A DNA stretch of 64,000 bases from Octopus sinensis (lineage: Eukaryota). Below the pieces are notes generated by a model that did not search any database, was not told where the DNA came from, and saw nothing but the letters and a program-made list of their open reading frames with translations. Numbering within the stretch: position 1 is the first letter of the stretch; each line of letters opens with the position of its first letter. Positions 53,491-64,000 of this stretch are shown here, in pieces. The position numbers and the translations under genes are program-made. The DNA is taken from NCBI RefSeq assembly GCF_006345805.1, contig NC_043004.1, forward strand, positions 88,040,001 to 88,104,000. The letters are read 5' to 3'.

Positions 53491-53904
53491 ACCCACGGAA
53501 CTATCCATTACAAAACTGACTGGACTTTGAGTTATTCGTGTAGTAAAGAAGACGGCCTATATCAATCATCGAAACCGGAAAGAAGGTCACTATATGGTTT
53601 ATACAAAGTAGACAATAGCTTACTGCTACTAAGATGCAGGCTGGGACTTAATCAAAAGCCTGATTGTGGTTGACATGAGGTTACGCAAGAGACAAATGCA
53701 ATTTTGTCTTACTTTATATTATGAAATTGTATACTTGCTGTTTTATACTCGGAATAACTAACATTTATGTCAATGAAATATTATTATATATTCAGCTAGG
53801 GATTAAGTAAAGCAAGGTAAAGGAATATTCCAATAAAAGAAACGTTTACTATATTAAAATGTTTTATAACTGTTTAGAGATATACAAGTGTATATAATCT
53901 TTTC

Positions 53905-54288
53905 TACTCTAGGCACAAGGCCTGAAATGTTTGGGGAGGGGCCAGTCGATTAGATCGACCCCAGTACGAAACTGGTACTTAATTTATCGACCCTGAAAGG
54001 ATAAGTCGACCTCTGCGGAATTTGAACTTAGAACGTAAACACAAACGAAATACCTATTTCTTTACTACCCACAAGTGACTAAACACAGAGAGGACAAACA
54101 AAGACAGTCAAACGGATTAAGTCGATTACATCGACCCCAGTGTGTAACTGGTACTTAATTTATCGACCACGAAAGGATGAAAGGCAAAGTCGACCTCGGC
54201 GGAATTTGAATTCACGACGTAATGGCAGACGAAATACCGCTAAGCATTTCGCCCGTCGTGCTTAATGTTTATGCCAGCTCGCCGTTTT
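53905..54288 (-). mobile_element. SINE type A
   Basis: Two internal units plus head. Confidence 0.87.
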
Positions 54289-55157
54289 TATAAAAAGTAA
54301 ATAATAAAATAGGTTTACCAATGAAGTTGACTCACAAGTTACAAAAAATTATTTTCTAAAGAAAGATGGGTATTCTTGGCCAGAATAAATTAAGTAAAAA
54401 TAATGATATACACTAAACACACACACATACAAAACTCTTAAGCTTATTGTGTGTATGATGGATTAACGGAGAATCTTGCCTCTCGTAATATAGACACATT
54501 TCCTATGGCACCAGCAGACAAAATGAAAAAAGCGTTGCCCCAGAGGACAACGAGGAAGAAGCACTGGAATAGCCATTTTGACACACGGGGTCTGCACTTG
54601 CGGACAGCAATTTCCGATCTGATAATGGTGAGCAGGGGTATGGTCCGTGGGCCACGAACGCTACAAGGTCTCAACTGCTACAAGCTCGACTATAAGCCTA
54701 TTGGAGAGCGACTGAAACCATGACAGCTTGAAGAGTACGATAGTACTATTTCATGGCTTTCAAAAAGGTGAAACCATTTTAGCATTTACGCTAATTTGTG
54801 TACTACAGAATGCTAAAGAGCTCCAGTTTGGCGGTAAATAGTAATGTGATATAGAGAAGAAGATAACTAAGGTCAAACAACTCTGATTAAAACTCTAATG
54901 AATGTACGACAATATAATGCGGACGTAACATTTAAATATCAAATAATGATAGATTTGGAAGAAAAAGATAATTTTGTGGATTGATTCATTAAAAGAACAC
55001 GTATGAAAGCAACCTATCGCACTGACCTTCTCTCTCTCGCACTCGCACATGCAAACACTCACATACATATGAAAGCACACACATACATACATACATTCTT
55101 ACATATACACAAATACATAAATACATATATACACAGGAAAGTGTTTATATATGTATT

Positions 55158-55206
<49 letters not shown>

Positions 55207-55228
55207 AATTCACACATATAATACATAC

Positions 55229-55287
<59 letters not shown>

Positions 55288-55305
55288 AATTCACACATAT
55301 AATAC

Positions 55306-55366
<61 letters not shown>

Positions 55367-55534
55367 TACACATAAAAATACATATATGCACACACACACA
55401 TGCATATACATACACGCACATATACATATCTATGCATATGTACGTATTTGTGTGTGTGCGTGTGCGAATATAAGTGCGAATGTGCAGTTGTAAATACGGG
55501 AATTAGCAAACTTCATCCCCAGGCATACTTCTAT

Positions 55535-55910
55535 ATTCTTTTCTTCTCTAGGCACAAGGCCCGAAAATTTGGAGGAGGGGGCCATTCGATTAGATCGACC
55601 CCAGTACCAAACTGGTACTTAATTTATCGACCCCGAAAAGAAGAAAGGCAGAGTCGACTTCAGTGGAATTTGAACTTAGACAGATGAAAAACCTATTTCT
55701 TTACTGCCCACAAGAGGCTAAACGCAGAGAGGACAAACAAGGACAGACAAACGGATTAAGTCGATTATATCGACCCTAGTGCGTAACTGGTACTTATTTA
55801 ATCGACCCCAAAAAGATGAAAGGCGGAATTTGAACTCAGAACGTTACGGCAGACGAAATACCGCTAAGTATTTCGCCCAGCGCGCTAACATTTCTGCCAG
55901 CTCGCCGCCG
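55535..55910 (-). mobile_element. SINE type A
   Basis: Same motifs. Confidence 0.85.
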
Positions 55911-56278
55911 TAGCATACGTCTATATTAACTAATTGAAATAATGAAACCTAACCAACGAGACAGCCACGCTGCTCCAAGGCGGTTTTTATTATTTACTCT
56001 CATATAAATCAATCCACTACATTATAGTTGCAATCGATCATTTTCCACTCACACATTAAACTCGTTTACTGTTTTTGAGACATCGGATTACAGTCATACT
56101 GGAGCACCACATTGACGGAACTAATCGATCAAATTGGCCATCTGGTATTTATTCTATCGGCCTCTTATTCCCGAGCCGCTATGCTACAGTGATATAAAAG
56201 AGGAAAAGTGATGACAGAGAAACATAAATGCAACGACACACGTACATACACACACACGCGCGCACGCACGCATGCACG

Positions 56279-56311
<33 letters not shown>

Positions 56312-56906
56312 GCACACACATACACACTACACACTTTCTTTCTCTCTCTCACACACACATTCACGCACAGATATGTACATTCATATGCCACTGGTCGACC
56401 AGGGTGTATAGTAGACTAGCTTAAAAGCCTCATTCCGTGCGGACTTTTAAGCTAGCTCATACGGAGGAATAATTAGAACTGCGGCCCAAGACTAAAGGGA
56501 ACAAAATAGCATGATTATAATGGCTAAATGCTGCGGCGTTTGATCAGAGGTTAAGGACATGAGAATCAATTCTGTAATGCAATCATTCTATTGTTCCAGT
56601 CCCAAGTTGAATTCCAACTGTTGGCCAATGTGTCCCAAAGTTCTTATCCCGACGTAAGATTAACGAAGCAAATGTCTTTTATCTCCCCTTTGATCTCTGA
56701 CGTCATCTTACAAACGCCAACCAAGATGACGTCAATCAGCCAAGCTTTGCCTGCTAGAAATAGCAATCCCAATGCTTTTAAATCAGATCCCTATGCTGTA
56801 TGTTCAAGAACAAAACGTAGGGTAGATTTTCAATTTCGGGATCATCTGATTCCAAAAAGGTGTAATATGTTTATGTAGAGTAAAGGTAGACTGAGATACA
56901 GGGGTC

Positions 56907-56947
<41 letters not shown>

Positions 56948-57350
56948 ATTTCTCTTTTATTATTATAGGAGACACTCGCTCTAAATGTCACGAAATGGGA
57001 CTGAACCCGAAAACTCGTAGTTGCGTACCGAACCTCTTAACCACTCAGCCACATCAGTGACTAGCCTTGTCTGTACACCCCTCCCACACACGCACACACG
57101 CACATACGCGCACACACTCTCTCTCTCTCACACACACAGAGGTATTTTTCTCAAAATTATTCTGCTTAGTGTAATTTGTCTCGGGTATTTATGTTCTGAG
57201 TCAAATTCTACCGAAGTCAACTTTACCTCTTAATCCTTCCAGGATCAATAAAATAAACGTTGCTAGTCAAGTACTGGAGTCATTCAAATCGGTTAATCAT
57301 TACCACCAAAATGGTCACCTTGTGCTTTTTATTTTACTGTTTATAGTCAC

Positions 57351-57690
57351 GAAGGCGCATGGCACAATGGTTGGAGCGTCCAGCTCACAATCATGTGGTA
57401 GTGAGTTCGTTTCCTGGACGGGGCTGCGTGTTGTGTTCTTGAGCAAGACACTTTATTTCACATTACTCCTGTTCACTCAGCTGTAGAAATAAGTTGCGAC
57501 GTCACTGGTGCCAAGCTGTATCGATATTTGTCTTACCCTTGGATAACATCGGTAGCGTGGAGAGAGGAGGTTGATATGCATGGGCGACTGCTGGTCTTCC
57601 ATAAACAACCTTACTTGGACTTGTGCCTTGGAGGGAAACATTCTAGGCGCAATCTCATGGTTATTCACGACCGACGGGGCTCTTTACCTC
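57351..57690 (+). mobile_element. SINE type C, longer copy
   Basis: gaaggcgcatggcacaatggttgg..gagttcgtttcctgg..cttgagcaagacactttatttcac. Confidence 0.75.
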
Positions 57691-57699
57691 TTCTTACCT

Positions 57700-58097
57700 A
57701 TTTATAGTCATTGGACTGCGGCTTCTCTAGGACACCAACTTGAAGGCTTTATTCGAACAAATCAATCCCAGTATTTATTTTAAAGTCTGGGACTCATTTT
57801 ATTGATTTGTTTTGCCGAACCGCTAGTTAAGGGACGCAAAAAAACCAACACTACTTGTCAAACACAAATACAAAGACATGGTCTCACACACACACACATA
57901 CATATCCATCCATCCATCAATCTATCCATCCATCCACCCATCCATCAATCCCTCCCTCCCTCCTTCCCTCCATCCCTCCCTCCCTCCATCCATCCATCCA
58001 TCCACACATACACACACACACACACACACATATATATATGTATATATATATATACACACACACTTATATATGTCTGTGTGTATATATATCTGTCTCA

Positions 58098-58157
<60 letters not shown>

Positions 58158-58340
58158 ACATACATACATACATACATACATACATACATACATACACAAC
58201 GGGCTTCTACCAAATCCCCTCGCAAAACGTTGACCGGCCCGGGGCTATAGTAGAAGACACCAAGGTATCGTATTTAATGGAACTGAACTAGAAACCTCGT
58301 GGTTTCGAAATGAGCTTCTTAACTACACAGCCATGCTTGC
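57700..58340 (-). mobile_element. SINE type B with expanded internal microsatellites
   Basis: ggggctatagtagaagacac..ggaactgaac head; ttgccgaaccgcta 3' block. Confidence 0.7.
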
Positions 58341-59099
58341 CTCTCTACCTCTGTAATAATGGTTTCATTTATTGACCATCAGGGCGAAGGATGAGTGGGA
58401 CGATAAAAAAAAAGACATAAATTATGGCGAGGTTCCATATAAGGAAATGAAATAATTAAACAATACACACACACACAATAAAAAATCACAATTTTACTGA
58501 AGACAGGTACCGTGACAAAAAGACAAAAAAGTACAAACAAACAAAAACATGTATTGATCATATGTGTTAAGCATTAATTGATCCAGCTGCTAGCTGTGGC
58601 TGACCATGAAGCACTTAAGTAGCTATTAATAGGAGACAAGAAAAAACAAAAAGAAAAACATATAGAGGAATAAAAAAAATAAAACAGCCCTGATCTCAAA
58701 ATACACTTAACCGTTTGTGATTACGTTACGATGGGATTTATACAGATTGTTTATTCAATTCCATCAATACAGCCAATGGACGAAGTGTAAATATCAGCGT
58801 GGTCAATCGGTCTGTTAAAAGTAGCAGCTGAGTCACCCTCAGTTTATGTTGTTCCGTTTTAATAAATGGAAATACACGTTCAATACGAAATGGTAGCGTC
58901 ATTGCTGACGTATTAAATGTCACTGATGTTGAAAGCAAATGGTGTAGGTTCGAATGGCAATGATGATATGGTGTTGTTACCCACCTACACATACACACAC
59001 ACACATACATATATATACATACATACATATATATATATGTATATACATTTATATACATACATTCATACATACACACGTGTATATATATATACAAACTCT

Positions 59100-59380
59100 C
59101 TTATACACACGCACGCGCACCTTCGTTTTGGGATCACCACCACTTTGTTATCTCCCTTTCTCCCTAGCTCTTCTGTGTGACCCCTCTGTCCGGCGTTCGC
59201 CATGATAGATCACTAGCCACCGCACATTCTTTATTTTCTCTCCTTGTTTCTTTCTGTGGAAGAGCGTAGGCTCGAAACGTTAAAGACTTTTTCACTTCTT
59301 GAGTGTTATACTAAAACATCTGTTTGTTGTCTACACAACCTGTCTTCGTCTTTTGTTTTTTTTGTGAATTCTTCCCCTAT
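59100..59380 (+). mobile_element. Penelope-like pLTR with minimal hammerhead (core A6 mutated)
   Basis: tcttt-CTGTGGA-a-gagc gtag gctc-GAAA-c GTT-aaaga at 59249-59286. Confidence 0.7.
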
Positions 59381-59569
59381 ATATGTACATATATATACAC
59401 ATATATGTATATGCACACATACAAATATACTTACATACATACGCACACACATATATGTAGTAAGAAACACACACACACAAATACACTTATATCTACAAAA
59501 GATATTAGTTTCAAATAATAGTACAAAGCCAGCAATTTCAAGGGAGTATGTAAGTTGATCACGTCATCT

Positions 59570-59712
59570 TCAGTGCTCTACTGGCACTTAATTTATCGAC
59601 CCCGAATGGATGAAAGGCAAAGTCGATTCCAGCAGAATTTCAATTCAGAAAGTAAAGACGTACAAAATTCTGCTAAAAATTTCGTCCGGCATGCTAACAA
59701 TCCTACCAGCTC
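59570..59712 (-). mobile_element. SINE type A fragment
   Basis: tttatcgaccccgaatggatgaaaggcaaagtcga. Confidence 0.75.
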
Positions 59713-60411
59713 TTTTCCTTTATATGCTCAAAATATTAAGACACTAGAATATTAAAACTCCGCTGCATAGGTCCATGGCGTTATGCAGCGAGATCAAACC
59801 TGAAATAGAGTGGCCGCAGAAGCTAGCTTTCTTCTTAACACCATAGACAGTCCATCCACTGCATAAAGTATTTCCTTCAGAGACACACAGACATAGTAGT
59901 GAGTGAGCCGAAAACAACGAACGATTCAAAGTATCTAACTTGCATTGTCTTCTTAATAATAATAACCATCGTGATCCTGACTTGGATAAAACGTCTACGT
60001 GAAAATGAAATGGAGCGGAAAGTTGCCACTAGCTATTTCTATAGAATGGAATTAACACCAACGATGACAACGCATAGGTGTGTAGAAGCCAAGCATTCTA
60101 CAATGCTTGCCAAAAACTCATTTACTTCACTTAGCGCTAAAATCTTGAAATAATAAAATCGATACTTTGTGTGTGTTGGTTGCAAGACATGTGGTTCAGT
60201 TGTGTGTGTAATATGTTGTAGTGATGGTGTTGTTGTTGTTGTAGTTGCTGGTATTGTTGTATCAGTTATCGAACTGTGATGCTCTCTAATTGATTAATTG
60301 GTCCCTTTATCAACAGCAGCATTTTCCTCCTTCGATCCGCAACAGCCATGTCAGCAGGAATGTCTATTGAATTTGTATTCAATTATGCTTTATATATATA
60401 TAATATATATA

Positions 60412-60470
<59 letters not shown>

Positions 60471-60492
60471 GTATATATGTATGTATGTGCAA

Positions 60493-60525
<33 letters not shown>

Positions 60526-60654
60526 TGCACACGCATATATATGTACATACATATGTGTACATATGTTTATATATTTATGTATATGTATATGTATGTATAT
60601 ATGTGTAATATATATATATACACATACATAAAAACATACATACACACACATATA

Positions 60655-60702
<48 letters not shown>

Positions 60703-61001
60703 TGTAAAGGAGCATATACATATATATATATATATATACGTTTGTACTTTTCTTTACCGGTAAAAAGTTTTCAGGATAAAAGCGAGCATTTCGCCATTAT
60801 GAATGTTGTTGCACTCTCTTTTCAATGCAAAACCTCAATAGTGCTTTATTCAATTTCATGTATTTTTATTTCAAGACCTTTATATTGATTAGCAAAACAC
60901 TCATTTTTATATATAACGTCACGTTTGTAAAAAAGTAAAACAAAACAAAACATGAAAAAAACAACAAAATAAAACGAAAACCTACTCGCCCATACCATTA
61001 C

Positions 61002-61002
<1 letters not shown>

Positions 61003-61052
<50 letters not shown>

Positions 61053-61260
61053 CATAATCGTTGTCGTCATCATCATCGTCATCGTCATCATCATCGTCAT
61101 TGTCATCATCACTATCATCTTTATCATCTTCACCTTCATCATCGTCATTCTCGTTGTTGTTCTTTTTCTTGTTCTTCTTGTTGTTGTTCTTCTTCTTCTT
61201 ATTGTTCTCCTTGTTTTCCATGTTCGTGTTCTCCATGTTGTTGTTGTTGTTGTTGTTCTT

Positions 61261-61291
<31 letters not shown>

Positions 61292-61396
61292 TTGTTCTTG
61301 TTTTCCATGTTCGTGTTCTCCATGTTGTTGTTGTTGTTGTTGTTGTCGTCGTTGCTAGTGTTGTTGTTGTTGTTCTTTTTTCTTCTTCTTTTTCTT

Positions 61397-61435
<39 letters not shown>

Positions 61436-61440
61436 TTGAA
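61003..61440. repeat. Trinucleotide mosaic (ATT/ATC/GTT/TTC)n
   Basis: Direct reading; includes an internal duplication of ttttccatgttcgtgttctccatgttgttg. Confidence 0.96.
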
Positions 61441-61734
61441 TTATCATTGTTACCGTTGCTTTCTCTAAAGAATTCAATTCCTGAGGCGGGAGGGCTGCAA
61501 CGACTTTGAGACCTCATGGTAGCCAGTAAGTTAAAGAATTAAATTATTGACTCTTCAACTAAGTCATACACACTATTTCATCCGAACCTCTCTAACATCA
61601 GCTACTTTTTTTCCTTTTTGTCGGTTGTTTTTCTTTTACATTTACATCAAATGATATAATAGACTCTTTTAAGGTTAGCAACTCTTTCGGTAGCTACCTA
61701 AGTGTATTGATTGTTTTTTTACATGGCATTGACA

Positions 61735-61806
61735 CTGGGTATAATAATAATAATATTGATAATGTTAACAATAACAATAATAATAATAATGATGATAATA
61801 ATAATA

Positions 61807-61870
<64 letters not shown>

Positions 61871-62285
61871 TGATGATGATGATAATAATAATAATAATAA
61901 TAATAATATTGATAATGATAACAACAATAATAATAATAATAATATAATAATAATAATAATATTGATAATGTTAACAATAACAACAATATAATAATGATGA
62001 TAATAATAATATAATAATAATAATAATAATGATGATGATGATAATAATAACAACAATAATAATAATAGTAGTAATAGTGATAATGGTGGTGGTAGTTGTA
62101 GTATATTTAGCATGTAAACATAATTCTACACCTGTCAATTGACAATGCTTGTACACCGCCCAGGAACCGGGAGGTGCACCTGGTAGTGCGATAGAATTCG
62201 TATTGAAACTGCTGAAATATGATGGTATTGATGATGATGATAGATGATAATGACTATGGAAATAATAACACTAATAATAGTAGCA

Positions 62286-62322
<37 letters not shown>

Positions 62323-62530
62323 CAGCAACAGCAGCAGCAACAGCAGCAGTAGTAGCTGCAATGATGATGATAATGATGGTGATGGTAGTGGTGATGGTGG
62401 CGGTGATGATGATGATGATGATGGCGGTGGTGATGGTGGTGGTAATGATAATGATTATGATGATGATGAGGACGATGATGATGGTGATGAAGATGATAAT
62501 AATAAAAATAAGAAGAATAAGAATAAGAAT
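61735..62530. repeat. (AAT)n/(GAT)n/(GTA)n trinucleotide tract
   Basis: Direct reading. Confidence 0.96.
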
Positions 62531-62531
62531 A

Positions 62532-63815
62532 AGCCCAAGGACACGATAAAATTCCTAACTTCTGGCTAAAATATTTAATAGGGTCTCACAAGCCACTGGC
62601 AGAGGAGTTCAATTAGAGTCTGATGAAGCCAGAGGCAACACCTGAAGGGTTCACAGAAGTGGGTGAAAAAAAAACATCCTAATGTCCAAATCTGCCGAAA
62701 CTACAAACTCACAAATCCACGGACCTGTAACTTGTAGCCATACAACATAGAAGACCTTTATTACAATATGGATAACAGAAATATCTAAATCAGAACAAAT
62801 GAAAACTGATAGAAACAGCCTCGAAACATGAGTAAAACAAAAAGACCGTTCTCTGTATTCAAGGAAACCGAACAATACAAGGAAGAGTTCATAATACCTG
62901 GTAACTATGAAGAAAAAGAAGAAACATAAAAAGCTGTAAAGCATCTAAAATCTAAGCTAAAACTGGAATTACAAAATTCCTTGATAAAATGATGGCAAGA
63001 AAAGTATTTACAAGCAATATTGGGATAAGCTAAACAGGAAAGAGTTTGACAAAAAAAGTTCGGGTCTCAAAACAAAAACCGAAGGGTTTTTAATTGCAGT
63101 ACATGATCAAAGCCTCCCCCATCAGAAATCAAGAAAAACACATCATGAAGAAAAATACAAGTGACTGCAGAATATGATGGGGATGAAACAATAATCCCAT
63201 TGTCTCTGATTGCCCATTTCTAGCCAAGAAGGAATAAACCCTCAAACATAACAGAAATGGGACTTATATACACTGGAGCTGTGCCAGCACTAGAGAATTA
63301 CAACAGGAAAAAGATGGTGCAGGCATGCCCCAGAGAAGGTCGCAGAAAATGACAAAGCAACCATACTCTGAGATATACCAATACACACAGATAGAAAGAT
63401 CAACGCCAGATATTGTTAGGGACCACAAAGAAAAATAAAATAAAACATAAAAATACCTTCTAATCAACATATCAGTCCCAACCGATGGCAATGTACCTCT
63501 AAAAGAAACGGAGAAACTCTTGAAATGCAAATAAATAAAGATAACCCTAATGTAGGGCTTGAAGACAAATAATTCATATAACAATAGGTGCATTAGTCAT
63601 GGTTAAAAGACACACGGACAAATACATAACCAAAATTCCGGCATGGATTTATATAACATAAAAAATAGTATTTCTAGGCACCACATCCTACATAAAGAAC
63701 TTTCAATGTAGTAAAAATAACAACGCCAAAACAAACCAGAGACCATACTGAGGGCACACAAAGCGGCTCTCGGTAGTGCAGTCAAAGCACGTAATAAAAG
63801 TAAAACTACTGAATA
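62532..63815 (+). mobile_element. Decayed R4/Dong-clade non-LTR retrotransposon (RT start, CCHC knuckle, REL endonuclease), internally deleted
   Basis: Broken frames read ..NFWLKYL..HKPLAEEF, ..GLKTKTEGFLIAVHDQSL, CRI..ETI..IVSDCPFLAKKE, ATIL*DIPIHTDRKI..PDI..ISVPTDGNV..KETEKL and ..IGAL..VKRHTDKYITKIP. Confidence 0.8.
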
Positions 63816-63821
63816 ATATTG

Positions 63822-64000
63822 AGTGCAAATTTTGGCACAAAGCCAGTGATTTCGGGGGAAGTGGATAGTCGGTTATATCGACCCCAGTGCTCAACTAGTA
63901 CTTATTTTATCAACCCTGAAATGATGAAAGACAAAGTCAAGCTGGACGGAACTTGTACTTATTTCTTTATTGCCCACAAGGGGTTAAACACAGAGGGAAA
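63822..64000 (-). mobile_element. SINE type A, cut by the window end
   Basis: tcgaccccagtgctcaactagtacttattttatcaaccctgaaatgatgaaag. Confidence 0.8.

Noticed and set aside
59800-59874. Minus-strand 75-bp exon candidate (EILYAVDGLSMVLRRKLASAATLFQ)
   Set aside because: Two frames are open, the splice sites are moderate, and there is no supporting neighbour or homology.
62619-62645. ctgatgaagccagaggcaaca, a hammerhead-like start
   Set aside because: Lacks GAAA and lies within the R4/Dong coding frame; coincidental.

Overview
AT-rich eukaryotic DNA saturated with microsatellites and SINEs. The SINE families resemble those known from Octopus, so a cephalopod source is inferred. No host gene can be identified with confidence: nearly all ORFs in the track are translated simple repeats or SINEs, and only a few isolated exon candidates remain. 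Recognisable elements are three tRNA-derived SINE types (about 30 copies), decayed mariner, Tc1 and DD37D (maT-type) transposases, 3' fragments of a CR1/L2-type and an R4/Dong-type LINE, Penelope-like remnants, a Helentron-like element, several MITE-like hairpins, minisatellites and one 100-N gap. The most notable feature lies at 42081-43253. It is a non-coding 482-bp unit present as about 1.4 direct copies followed by about 1.05 inverted copies, set in (TA)n. Each copy carries a well-formed type I hammerhead ribozyme, which is the architecture of a retrozyme (self-cleaving, circular-RNA-forming retroelement). Further hammerhead-like motifs occur at 37318, 59249 and 21099. Homopolymer indels between duplicated segments suggest residual long-read error, so local inversions and duplications need read-level validation. 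SINE boundaries are approximate.
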